Translations under genes and position numbers: made by a program
Virus record (IMG/VR): IMGVR_UViG_3300045902_000392
Span: 1 to 24,992 of that record
Length of the DNA stretch: 24,992 nucleotides
Source of the DNA: a virus
Taxonomy: Duplodnaviria > Caudoviricetes
Reading direction: 5' to 3' (one strand)
The notes under the pieces: generated by a model
Told to the model about the DNA's origin: nothing
The model's database searches: none
The model's input: the letters and a program-made list of their open reading frames with translations, nothing else
Part shown: positions 15,621-24,321 of the stretch, one piece after another
Layout: each line of letters opens with the position of its first letter
How positions within the stretch are numbered: position 1 is the first letter of the stretch

Positions 15621-15708
15621 TGGAACACCCGGCGGGACTCGAACCCACATAGAGACTTTCGCCTCACACGTTCGTAGCGTGTTGCCTGATCCATTAGGCT
15701 ACGGGTGC
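15621..15708 (-). tRNA. tRNA-Arg(ACG) with long variable arm
   Basis: ACACG-CTACGAA-CGTGT; variable hairpin GAGGC-GAAA-GTCTC; CCA. Confidence 0.87.
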
Positions 15709-15715
15709 ATAGCGT

Positions 15716-15806
15716 GGTAAGCAATTGGATTGGAACGGGTCAACCACCGAAGTGGTCTTGGGATCGAACCAAGTTATACCAGATAACCGTTACCGGTCGG
15801 CTTACC
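15716..15806 (-). ncRNA. Y-like RNA carrying only a T arm and looped acceptor minihelix
   Basis: GGTAAGC-C-GA...GGTTATC...CTTGG-TTCGATC-CCAAG-ACCAC-TTCG-GTGGT...TT-GCTTACC. Confidence 0.7.
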
Positions 15807-16057
15807 TTGAAAATTGTTTAGGGGAAACTTTCCTACTTCAGTGTTCCTGTCTGTGTCACTCATCGCCGGGTCGCTACTCCGGTTCTGCTATACAGGACTG
15901 TTTCGGGGAGAGGGGATTAACCGCGCTTGACGCGCCCGTTAAATCGGCTACCGCACCAATTGAAGGTGACGAAGCGATTGCCACGGGCACACCGGGCGGT
16001 GTTTCCGTTTCGTTTATTGGCTACGTTCGTCATTTGAATGCGATGTCCTTCTGATTC

Positions 16058-16118
16058 TATTTATACATGCCGCTGAGCGGATGTCAACACTTTTTCGAAC
16101 TTTTTCTCAACTTTTTTT
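16058..16118 (-). promoter_or_regulatory. Composite promoter heading the RNA cluster: A-tract UP element, TTGACA, TATAAATA
   Basis: AAAAAAAG..GAAAAAG..GAAAAAGTG-TTGACA-N16-TATAAATA. Confidence 0.7.
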
Positions 16119-16163
16119 GGGAACGGGGCACGACGGTTATTGATCGTGCCCCGGCATCACCAA

Positions 16164-16622
16164 CTACCACTTGATCGGGATCATGCCCAACGCGGCGCTG
16201 TTGCTTTCGACTTCACCGCCCGTCGCGGCGGCAACAGCCTTGTCGCGGTCGTGCTGCGTCATGCCATCCGTCTTCATGCGCGGCTGAATCGTCTGGCGCA
16301 CCGACACCGGGACCGCCCGGACAGCCTTGAACGTCAGACCGTCGTCCTCATCGGCATCTTCGGTCAATTCGAAGAGAACGTCATAGACGCGGCCTTCTTC
16401 GAACGTCACGTCGTCCATGTCCACGCCCAAGTCGTCCAAATCCTGTCCATTGTTTTCCATCAAGTCGCGCACCACCAGTTCCAGATCGGGATGGTAAGGC
16501 GAAGACACGCTGATGACGACCGGCCAGACTCTTGTCATGGCGGTCGCGACCAAGCCCGTAAACTGGTCGCCCTTCTTGAACTGTGACCAATCGACTTCTT
16601 CGATGCTACTTGCTTTCTGCAT
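16164..16622 (-). CDS. Acidic hypothetical protein
   Basis: AAGGA RBS before MQKASS. Confidence 0.65.
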   Translation of the reverse strand: MQKASSIEEVDWSQFKKGDQFTGLVATAMTRVWPVVISVSSPYHPDLELVVRDLMENNGQDLDDLGVDMDDVTFEEGRVYDVLFELTEDADEDDGLTFKAVRAVPVSVRQTIQPRMKTDGMTQHDRDKAVAAATGGEVESNSAALGMIPIKW

Positions 16623-16648
16623 GTGTGTGTCCTTTCGATTGTGTCCGA

Positions 16649-17026
16649 TCACGCATTGGCATGATCGGGAATAGTGTCGGTTTGGGCTTGCATGTGCTGG
16701 ATGCCCTTTTCAGTCAGACGGTACCCCCACCGTTGTTGGGTCGGGATGCCTTCGGCGTCTTCCAGATACTCAATAGCACGCCGGATCGTATCAACATGGA
16801 GAGCCGCCATCGCTTCAAATTTCAGCGAATCGACAGCATCTTGATTGGCCTTCAGTTGGGCTTCGGAAAATTCCGGCACACGTTCGACCATCCCCTTTTC
16901 AATCAGGGTGTCGTAGTTGACCGCGAAAATGCCGTTCTGTCGCGCGATGAAGTGCTCACCGTGCGACAAGTGTCCTAACCAAAGGTCGGTTAAGATTCCG
17001 ATTTCTCTGTAGGTGTAATCGGCCAT
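16649..17026 (-). CDS. Hypothetical protein
   Basis: ORF in a co-oriented run; YRLTEKG wHTH-like end. Confidence 0.6.
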   Translation of the reverse strand: MADYTYREIGILTDLWLGHLSHGEHFIARQNGIFAVNYDTLIEKGMVERVPEFSEAQLKANQDAVDSLKFEAMAALHVDTIRRAIEYLEDAEGIPTQQRWGYRLTEKGIQHMQAQTDTIPDHANA

Positions 17027-17084
17027 GTGGAACGTCCGTGCTCTACTGTGATATTGTACCCCGCGTCGGATTGCAGCAACGTCG

Positions 17085-17477
17085 TCAATTCCCCTTCGAC
17101 TGTGCGGAGGGATTCAACGTCGCGGACTTCCCGGTCGTCGGTGCCTTCTTGGGTGATTTCAATTCGCATTTCTTCAGAATGACCTCATCACTGATTTTAT
17201 ACGCAAGGACGGCAAGTTGATGGTAATAACGCATCGTGTATTCCACGATTTGTTCCATTTGATCGCGGGTCGCCAGTATGCGCACCGGGATCATCCGTTC
17301 CGCATACACCTTGTCGCCGTCAAGCCATTGGCCCTTGGCAACCGGCAAGATGGTCATCCCGCCGCTGATCTTGCGAACATGAGAATCCCATACCCGGTGA
17401 TAGCGCAAACGGAAAGGTTTCCCTTCGTTGCTCACCGTGGGTACCAGAATTTCCCACAACTTCCTGTCGTCATTCAC
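17085..17477 (-). CDS. Conserved phage hypothetical protein, likely leaderless
   Basis: WEILVPT...WD..VR.ISGG.TI...GQW...ERMIPVRI; GTG 6 nt after TTGACG-N17-CATAAT. Confidence 0.7.
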   Translation of the reverse strand: MNDDRKLWEILVPTVSNEGKPFRLRYHRVWDSHVRKISGGMTILPVAKGQWLDGDKVYAERMIPVRILATRDQMEQIVEYTMRYYHQLAVLAYKISDEVILKKCELKSPKKAPTTGKSATLNPSAQSKGN

Positions 17478-17532
17478 CCTACCATTATGACATATGATTC
17501 AACAAACGTCAATTCGGAAGGCGTGATCGGAT

Positions 17533-17754
17533 CTATTCAAGCAATGCTTTTCGTTTTGGAAAGTCCAACGCGCGGACGAACTGTTCCATGATCGATTCGG
17601 TACACGTGAAGCACAGGTCTATCGAGTCCGTCACTTCGACCGTGCGGCCTTCGATCTGATCGCGTTCGGTGCCTACTGCGAATTCATAGGTGCGGCCCCG
17701 GCCTTCACGGTATTCTTTCCCGCACCGGTCACATTTCCAGATGGTGATCTTCAT
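17533..17754 (-). CDS. Small zinc-binding protein
   Basis: CDRCG...DLCFTC; ATGA overlap with rnh. Confidence 0.65.
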   Translation of the reverse strand: MKITIWKCDRCGKEYREGRGRTYEFAVGTERDQIEGRTVEVTDSIDLCFTCTESIMEQFVRALDFPKRKALLE

Positions 17755-18668
17755 TCGAATTGCAACCTTGCCGTGGATTTGGTCGGCTGTTCCGGCACCG
17801 GCGGCGGTGCCTGTACGGTGCCCGGCATGAACTCTGACAGATGTTCGACCAAATTGGACAGCCGGTTCGTCGCCAGATAGCTGTAGATTTTGTTCGCGGC
17901 CCCGACCGGCGGCTTGGCGAACTCTTCGAGGATGGTTTGCTGGATGTGATCCGGGGTCCGCGTCAAATCGACCAACTGTTCGTTGCGCCGATAGTTGCGA
18001 AGCATGCGCGAATCACAGAACGTTTCCGGCTCCTGTTCCAACCATACCGCCAACTTCTTGTCCATCACCGGCGATTGACGACCCTCAGTCATGAAGATGT
18101 CGTCCGGGGAAAGGAAGTTCGGCACACCGTCCGACCGGTCACCGCGCATGATGTGTTCTTTGAGGAACTGTTGCGGGTTCGGGCACACCACGAACTCTTT
18201 GGTGTAGGGACTGAACTGCTGGATGTTCGGCCAGCGCTGAAGCTGTTGGAAGTCCTTGTCACTCGAAATGATGACCACGTTTTCCAGCGGACTGAACCGC
18301 CGCGCCAACGTGGAAATGATATCGTCGGCTTCGGCTCCGTCGATTTCCATGACCTTGTAGGGGAACACTTCTGTGATCTCCCGGCGGACCATGCGGAGCA
18401 CTTCAAACAGGTGTTGCCAGTCGATATTTGAGTCTTCCCGCTCCCGGCGACGCCCGGCTTTGTAGAAGGGGAAAACATCACGCCGCCATGAGTTGTGGGA
18501 ATCCGTGCAAATGACCATACGACCGTGAGACTCACGGAATTGCGCATTGTACATTCGAAGCGAATTCAGTGTGACATGTCGAAACAAGCCTTCATCCAGC
18601 TTCGGCTGAGTCTTGACTTGCATCATGTAGTTGCTGATGACGACTTGGCTAAAGTCGAGTAGGATCAT
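17751..18668 (-). CDS. rnh: T4-like RNase H (5'-3' exonuclease, FEN family)
   Basis: MILLDFSQ, SWRR..FP.YK..R, EADDII, ISSDKDF.QL, GD.SDG.PN, RN..L.DL; 305 aa from the 18668 start. Confidence 0.92.
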   Translation of the reverse strand: MILLDFSQVVISNYMMQVKTQPKLDEGLFRHVTLNSLRMYNAQFRESHGRMVICTDSHNSWRRDVFPFYKAGRRREREDSNIDWQHLFEVLRMVRREITEVFPYKVMEIDGAEADDIISTLARRFSPLENVVIISSDKDFQQLQRWPNIQQFSPYTKEFVVCPNPQQFLKEHIMRGDRSDGVPNFLSPDDIFMTEGRQSPVMDKKLAVWLEQEPETFCDSRMLRNYRRNEQLVDLTRTPDHIQQTILEEFAKPPVGAANKIYSYLATNRLSNLVEHLSEFMPGTVQAPPPVPEQPTKSTARLQFE

Positions 18669-18816
18669 TTCGATTCTCCGAAGATGCCCACGGCACCCGA
18701 TACCGGCGAAAGCACACGCGGCACTCATAGTCCGGCCCGCCGCCCCACAATATGCCATCGTGGAAATTCCGGCACCACCAGCGTTTGAGATTGCTAATCC
18801 ATTCGCTCAATTGCAT
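18649..18816 (-). CDS. 55-aa Cys/His zinc-ribbon-like protein missed by the ORF track
   Basis: MQLSEWISNLKRWWCRNFHDGILWGGGPDYECRVCFRRYRVPW... Confidence 0.65.
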   Translation of the reverse strand: MQLSEWISNLKRWWCRNFHDGILWGGGPDYECRVCFRRYRVPWASSENRNDPTRL

Positions 18817-18847
18817 TTAGTGCCAGTTTATCAGTGGGTTTGGAGAA

Positions 18848-19153
18848 TCAAATTTGGGAAGATTTCGAGGCGCGGCCCACGGGAATATGCATCACCGGGG
18901 TCGCTTCTTTCGACTTGGGGTCCAGCTTGATGACGACAATTTCCGGCGGGACATACCGGAAAGGACGACCGGTACCCGACCATACCTTGCCAGCCGGGAT
19001 ACGGATCGCAACCATCTGCTCTTTCACATTGCGGCTTTCGATCTGCCAGATGTGCCCCGGTCGCTCATTGCGCATTTGCACACCGTTGAAAACCACGCCC
19101 GTCGCGGTGCTCAGATCACCATCGACGAATTCGTATCTGTATCCCATGCCCAT
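18848..19153 (-). CDS. Hypothetical protein
   Basis: Start at MGMGYRY, just after the RyR gene stop. Confidence 0.6.
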   Translation of the reverse strand: MGMGYRYEFVDGDLSTATGVVFNGVQMRNERPGHIWQIESRNVKEQMVAIRIPAGKVWSGTGRPFRYVPPEIVVIKLDPKSKEATPVMHIPVGRASKSSQI

Positions 19154-19157
19154 GTTG

Positions 19158-19493
19158 TTATCGTAGCAGTCGGCAAAGTTCGATGAACACCACATCCTTG
19201 GCGCGTTCGAGTTCGGACAGTTCTTCGTAGGGGACCATGCTTGGATGCTGTTTCGCGGCTTCGTCCTTGACCGGCCCATACGTCCAGCCTTTCGCCGCCT
19301 TGTCTTGCATCCACCAGTCATGCGTTTGCTTCGGCGTCAAATCCGGGTTCTCCAGATGGAACTTCACACCACCGATGAATGTTGTCTTCTGATCGTCTGT
19401 GGCTAGGTCCCACTCCGGGTAGTCTTTACCAAACTCCAGATTCAAGGCGCGGATCACGGCATAGATGTGCCGCGCAATCGCTTCGATAGTCAT
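19158..19493 (-). CDS. RyR-domain protein
   Basis: HD.WM..K...GWTYG..KD...KQHPSMVPYEEL.E.E.AKD; ATGA overlap with the upstream gene. Confidence 0.85.
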   Translation of the reverse strand: MTIEAIARHIYAVIRALNLEFGKDYPEWDLATDDQKTTFIGGVKFHLENPDLTPKQTHDWWMQDKAAKGWTYGPVKDEAAKQHPSMVPYEELSELERAKDVVFIELCRLLR

Positions 19494-20152
19494 TTGCCAG
19501 CCTTCTTCGCTTTCTTGTACACCACGATGCTTTGCAGATAGTTGACCAGCGCATCCATTTGGAACACGGTCATATTGCTGTACGCTTCGACCAACTCTTC
19601 GTCTTCTTCGGACGCCGCCGCGTATATCTCTTCGTAGGTTTTCTGGTAGGTGTGTGCTAATAGCGCACGCTGTTCCATCGTCAGAGACTCCCGCCACTTC
19701 TCCCGGCTAGGTGCTGGCAACTTCGGCTTGCGATGCAAACAGATGTCATCGATCACGCCATCGATATGATGCCGGATCTTGGTCAATTCGGAGTCTTCCA
19801 CTGGCCGGACGACGCGGGGCGGCTTGGGCTTCAGGGATCGGATGTGATCGTATAGCCGGGTGACGGTCTTCTTGTCCAGCGGAACCCCTTTGGTCAAGAG
19901 CCGGGCGACTGATCCAACCCCGATACACCCTTGCTCATCGCACGCGCGGGCGCGCTCCACAACATCCGCCGGAAATGGCTTTTCGTCGCTGAAGGGTAAA
20001 CGAGTAATCCGATTGTGGTGGATGAGGAAGTCGATGACCCACTGTTTCTGTTGGGTCGCTGTGCTGTTTTTGCGGTACCACGACAGCGCTTCAGAGACGG
20101 AACCGGTGAACGTGTCGCCGCGAAAGAATGGTTCGTCGCGAACCTTTTTCAT
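19490..20152 (-). CDS. Hypothetical phage protein
   Basis: Long ORF in a packed run; AL.WY and LVEAYS motifs. Confidence 0.7.
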   Translation of the reverse strand: MKKVRDEPFFRGDTFTGSVSEALSWYRKNSTATQQKQWVIDFLIHHNRITRLPFSDEKPFPADVVERARACDEQGCIGVGSVARLLTKGVPLDKKTVTRLYDHIRSLKPKPPRVVRPVEDSELTKIRHHIDGVIDDICLHRKPKLPAPSREKWRESLTMEQRALLAHTYQKTYEEIYAAASEEDEELVEAYSNMTVFQMDALVNYLQSIVVYKKAKKAGK

Positions 20153-20156
20153 GGCA

Positions 20157-20558
20157 TCACTTCGCTTTCGTTGGCGTTCCAAAGTTCCGCGTGATTTCCA
20201 CGTCGCGGAAAAACGTTTGCGCTTCGCCCGATTCGGTCGCGGCCTGTCGCTGTACCGTGCCCGTCATCAGGAAGCAATCATTGACTTCGACGATTTCTAC
20301 CATTGCGGCATAGGATACCGCAGTTTCGGGAATGATGCCAATTTTATGTTCGCGGGTTTCCACTTTCCAGTACCGCGTTCCATTCGATTCGATCACCTTC
20401 AGCAACTTCACATGGAACTCAGACCGCATGTTCAGTGAGCCAAGGAAATTCGCGGGATCGACAACGGGCGGCACCAATCGAAAATTTTTCATGACCGGGT
20501 TTTTCCCCGGTGCCCGGCTTCCCCGTGGTCTAGGCATGACTAGTTCCTGATCTGGCAT
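20157..20558 (-). CDS. Hypothetical protein
   Basis: GGAGAG RBS; directly downstream of a consensus promoter. Confidence 0.65.
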   Translation of the reverse strand: MPDQELVMPRPRGSRAPGKNPVMKNFRLVPPVVDPANFLGSLNMRSEFHVKLLKVIESNGTRYWKVETREHKIGIIPETAVSYAAMVEIVEVNDCFLMTGTVQRQAATESGEAQTFFRDVEITRNFGTPTKAK

Positions 20559-20574
20559 CGTTCTCTCCAAAGTC

Positions 20575-20603
20575 AGTATACATCATACCGACCTATATGT
20601 CAA
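20575..20603 (-). promoter_or_regulatory. Sigma70-type promoter TTGACA-N17-TATACT
   Basis: Near-perfect consensus and spacing. Confidence 0.8.
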
Positions 20604-21313
20604 TTCTTTACTTGCTCGAACTTCAGAATACCATCTTCGATCCAAGCAAAGTGCCGCCGTTGCGTGTCCATGCAAACGGACTGAAATCCATCCTTCTCCA
20701 CCCGGCGAATCTGGCGCGCTTCCGTGTGTCCGACCAATTGATTGACGCCGGGGATCACTCCCATTTCCGACCAGTCTGCCCACACCAACCCACCATAGAC
20801 GTTGTGAAAACTTCCACCACGCGACCGGCCAGCCTCAAGCCACGGATGCGGTACACCCTGACCAAGCGCATGCCGAATATCCGCTTCCTGTTGATGCATC
20901 CAATCCGGGAAGGACATTCCTTCCGGCACCTTCGCCAGTTGCGGCACCACCCCGGCATGAGTCAACAACCACCCATCCACGAACGTATGACACCGCATCC
21001 GCGCCCAATCTTTCAGTGTGTACTGTGGACGAATGATCGACGCCCGCAGATCGGAGTAGCCAGAACACCGAAAGGCCCGGATGCTGAACGCATAGTGAAG
21101 GTCGTGATTGCCCCACAACATCGTCCACTTCGGATCATGCAGTTTCTTCTTGACCCATGCGGTGATCGTGTGAGTGACTTCTGTCACACCGTTCCACGAA
21201 TCCCAATAGTCGCCAAGGCACACGACCGCATCCGCTTGCGCGGCGCGCTCTTCGGCCTGTTGGAGATAGATGGCGTCTTCGTGGATGTCGGCAACGATTA
21301 AGGTTTTTGGCAT
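20600..21313 (-). CDS. Calcineurin-like metallophosphoesterase
   Basis: DIH, GDYWD, GNHD, THAG, GHT motifs. Confidence 0.9.
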   Translation of the reverse strand: MPKTLIVADIHEDAIYLQQAEERAAQADAVVCLGDYWDSWNGVTEVTHTITAWVKKKLHDPKWTMLWGNHDLHYAFSIRAFRCSGYSDLRASIIRPQYTLKDWARMRCHTFVDGWLLTHAGVVPQLAKVPEGMSFPDWMHQQEADIRHALGQGVPHPWLEAGRSRGGSFHNVYGGLVWADWSEMGVIPGVNQLVGHTEARQIRRVEKDGFQSVCMDTQRRHFAWIEDGILKFEQVKN

Positions 21314-21879
21314 AGAACTTGGGTCGCACCATACTGTGCGATGAAGTAGGCGTCCGCAAGGTCTGAGAAGGGACTACCCGTTCCTTTCATTTTCGACCCA
21401 TACACGCTCTTCAAATCCATGTTTATGCGCTGGCTAAAAGCCTCATACATTGCCGGTTTGTCGGCTGTCCCTTTGCCGGTCCCGTGCTTCTTGGCGACCG
21501 TGGGCGCAATGACGTGAAACCTCATGCCCTTCATCCACAGATGGTGCTTCAACAAACCCGTGTTTTCGCCGATGTGAAATACCTTGCCGCGCGCGTTGAA
21601 GGCGTAGTCTTCCAACCACACTTCTACGTCGCCGCCGGTTTCCATTTCGATCCACCCGACAAAGGTCTGTGCAAGGAAATCAAACCGGGCTTCCTGTGAA
21701 TCAGTCTCCGGGTACGGAACCGCTTCGATGTTTTTCAATGGGGACTTTTTCTTCGAGTCCATCACGTAGATGAACTTCGTAGATGCAAAATCGGCTGGCG
21801 CGTGCATATCGATGCAAACACCAGCCGGACAAGTCATCGAATAGTCGATGCCGACCACGTATCGTGGTTTAGTCGTCAT
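21298..21879 (-). CDS. RuvC-like nuclease / Holliday junction resolvase
   Basis: GIDYS.T.P, LEDYAF, IGE..G.LK, P...KK..TGKG.A.K, DLADAY. Confidence 0.8.
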   Translation of the reverse strand: MTTKPRYVVGIDYSMTCPAGVCIDMHAPADFASTKFIYVMDSKKKSPLKNIEAVPYPETDSQEARFDFLAQTFVGWIEMETGGDVEVWLEDYAFNARGKVFHIGENTGLLKHHLWMKGMRFHVIAPTVAKKHGTGKGTADKPAMYEAFSQRINMDLKSVYGSKMKGTGSPFSDLADAYFIAQYGATQVLCQKP

Positions 21880-22045
21880 CGTCCTCATCCGCCGGTTCTA
21901 GGTCGTCATCGTCTTCTTCGTCTAGGTCCAGTGGCTCTCCGCAAAAAGGGCAAAATTGTGGCCCGTCAAAGGCTTCGTCGAATCGAAGAACAAACGTCGA
22001 TTCACAGTACTGGCAAATGATGCTAAGTTTCCGAAAGTCACTCAT
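21869..22045 (-). CDS. Zinc-ribbon protein with acidic tail
   Basis: CQYCES...FCPFCG plus D/E tail; CTAAACA box upstream. Confidence 0.75.
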   Translation of the reverse strand: MSDFRKLSIICQYCESTFVLRFDEAFDGPQFCPFCGEPLDLDEEDDDDLEPADEDDDD

Positions 22046-22090
22046 GCTGACACTGTTTAGGCGTCCGCAATTTTTGACATACAAGTGCGG

Positions 22091-22372
22091 TTATCTCTTA
22101 AGTACTTGATCTACAAGGACCCTGAAAATTTCCGTCATTCCTTCGAGTTGACGCTTGCATCGGGAGTCAAACGACACGTCATCGCGATGGTAAGACACGA
22201 TCTCAAATTCGACACCGGAGTGAAACCGTTCGAGCGGAAGCATATGAGCCGCGATGCTGTGGGCAAGCTGCGTTAAACGAGTCCCGGTGAATTTCTCTTC
22301 GCCAAGATATTCGTTGTCCTTGGTGCGGCTGTACGAAGCAAACTCCACGGAAATGCTGATCGATTCTGCCAT
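22091..22372 (-). CDS. Hypothetical protein
   Basis: ATG 7 nt after TAAATA, downstream of the nrdJ terminator. Confidence 0.55.
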   Translation of the reverse strand: MAESISISVEFASYSRTKDNEYLGEEKFTGTRLTQLAHSIAAHMLPLERFHSGVEFEIVSYHRDDVSFDSRCKRQLEGMTEIFRVLVDQVLKR

Positions 22373-22405
22373 CGGTTGATATTTACAGGAACCCCGTTGT
22401 TCAAG

Positions 22406-22432
22406 AAAAAGGCCAGACCCGAAGGCCCGGCC
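22406..22432 (-). terminator. Intrinsic terminator after nrdJ
   Basis: GGCCGGGCC-TTCG-GGTCTGGCC-TTTTT. Confidence 0.9.
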
Positions 22433-22455
22433 TCTTGACATATCGCTCTTTCAGG

Positions 22456-24321
22456 TTAGCGAATCGGGCATGCACCCGACACACATTCTTGCGACTCCAG
22501 ATCACCTTCCGCGATCTGATCGAAGTCGATAGCCTTGACCCGCGAAGACAAGCGCTGGAACTGTTCCTTGCTGATCTTCTCTTTCGGGGCTTGCTTGAAC
22601 CCGTGATCGGAATGGCACAGGAAGCTGATCGTCTTGATGTACTGAAGATTTTCAGCCAACCACGCCTTCAACTCCGGGATCTCTTCTTTCTTGTAGTAGA
22701 CCGTCACCGACACCGACTGATCCGCCCAATGCTGTTGGGCCATCTTGACGACATCCAATTGCTTCCACGTGTCCCAATCTTCGTCCGCGACCGGCATGCC
22801 TTCCGGTGCTTCCACGTAGAAATCCACCACCATCGTGTTGTTATCGTAGGTGCCATCGAAACGGATCACCGGTTCCATCTGGTGCTTGGCAGCACGAAGG
22901 ATCGGGATCAACGGATCGTTCGCCGCGAAACGGACACGCTGAATGATGTAACGGGAGAATGCCGGATGGATGCCTTCGTAGCCGTGCTGGTCAAGCAACT
23001 TGCTCACCGTGCCGGAAGGCTTCACGACCGTGGTGCGGATGGATTCGGGTACCTTGAGTTCCTTCGAGTAACGAACGTTCTCATCTTGGATCGCCGCATA
23101 CACCTTGTCCAAGGTCTTGGGGTTGAACAGCGGGCTTGCCAAGCATCCAGTGATGCCGGTGCCGATACGCATGTTCCGATGCACGACCGACTGAATGGAA
23201 GGCTGGTGATAGGTTTCCATCGCGACGCGCTTGCCATAGCGATGCATGAGCCGTGCGCCTTCGATGAATTCACCTTCGTCTTCCAGATTCATCAGCGGGA
23301 GTTCCTGAAGATTGCAGTTCTCACCCGACTCCAGTGTCGCTTCAGCACAAGGATTGACGCCTTCCGCCGTGTCCGGCTTCAGTTCACCCATGCGGCCATA
23401 CTTCTGGATGTTGGTGCGATTGACAATGCCAAACGGTTCACCGTCTTCGTAGGTCTTCCAGAAGGCCGGATGAAGGTCTTCCACGTCGTCTACAACGACG
23501 CTGAAATTGGCAAACGCCCGGTACGTCGGGATGTTGCCAAGGGACCACCGCTTCGCCGCCAAGTACACTTTGTCGTAGGGGTCGCCAAGGACGATGATCG
23601 CAGAGCGCCGGACATTGCCAGCAACGACCATTTCACCGGTGACACAGATGATGTCCGCCGCGTCCAGCGGACGGATGTGCTTGCCTTCCCGCTCTTTCAG
23701 GATGTTGCACAGCTTCTCCACAAAGCCAATCAACGGAATCGGGCCGGACGCAACGCCACCAAATCCTTTGATCTTCTGACCATACCCACGGATACAAACC
23801 GTGGAATACGAAAAGGACTTTCCGGTCACGAAGAACGATTCGAGCACGCGCCGCGTTAGCTCACACCAACCTTCGCGGGAGTCCGGCACGATGTAGTCAG
23901 CATCGTTCGTGTCCTTGTGAACAATCGTGACATCACGCTTGACTTTGGGCAACTTCGACACGAACCGGTTCTCAACACTCATTCCAACGCCGCCGCCCAA
24001 CATCAACATGTCTTGGGCGATCACGAAGTTGTTCCAGTCGGCTGTGTTGAAGTAGTAGCAGTTGTTCAGAGCACAACCGCCAATCTTTTCATGCGACGGA
24101 GCACCCGAAAACCACAAGCCGCGACCGGCAGGAATCGCCTTGCGGTTCATCATGAAATACCGCAATCGTTCCTTCTCTTGATCGCTCACCGGAACAGTTC
24201 GGGTGTTCCCGGCGATCACTCTGTCAACCGTCTCTTTCCATCCCTCTAAAACGCCGTTATCACGACGGCTATATGTCCGGCGATAGACAATCTTCGCCAA
24301 ATTACTCCATTCATTTTGCAT
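22456..24321 (-). CDS. nrdJ: Class II (B12-dependent, monomeric RTPR-type) ribonucleotide reductase
   Basis: RTYSR, PAGRGLW, LNNC, GGGVG, PDSREGW, VAGNVRRSA, NPCAE, CNL.E, VKPSGT, C-terminal C..GACPIR. Confidence 0.95.
   Translation of the reverse strand: MQNEWSNLAKIVYRRTYSRRDNGVLEGWKETVDRVIAGNTRTVPVSDQEKERLRYFMMNRKAIPAGRGLWFSGAPSHEKIGGCALNNCYYFNTADWNNFVIAQDMLMLGGGVGMSVENRFVSKLPKVKRDVTIVHKDTNDADYIVPDSREGWCELTRRVLESFFVTGKSFSYSTVCIRGYGQKIKGFGGVASGPIPLIGFVEKLCNILKEREGKHIRPLDAADIICVTGEMVVAGNVRRSAIIVLGDPYDKVYLAAKRWSLGNIPTYRAFANFSVVVDDVEDLHPAFWKTYEDGEPFGIVNRTNIQKYGRMGELKPDTAEGVNPCAEATLESGENCNLQELPLMNLEDEGEFIEGARLMHRYGKRVAMETYHQPSIQSVVHRNMRIGTGITGCLASPLFNPKTLDKVYAAIQDENVRYSKELKVPESIRTTVVKPSGTVSKLLDQHGYEGIHPAFSRYIIQRVRFAANDPLIPILRAAKHQMEPVIRFDGTYDNNTMVVDFYVEAPEGMPVADEDWDTWKQLDVVKMAQQHWADQSVSVTVYYKKEEIPELKAWLAENLQYIKTISFLCHSDHGFKQAPKEKISKEQFQRLSSRVKAIDFDQIAEGDLESQECVSGACPIR

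Noticed and set aside
13598-16054. Track ORFs overlapping tRNA/ncRNA genes
   Set aside because: Translations of tRNA sequence (e.g. GFEP, DSNP); only the short ORFs in spacers were kept
18669-18758. N-terminal extension of RNase H in the ORF track
   Set aside because: The family start is MILLDFSQ; the region belongs to a separate small gene in another frame
22435-23859. 474-aa plus-strand ORF
   Set aside because: Antisense shadow of nrdJ with no recognisable motifs
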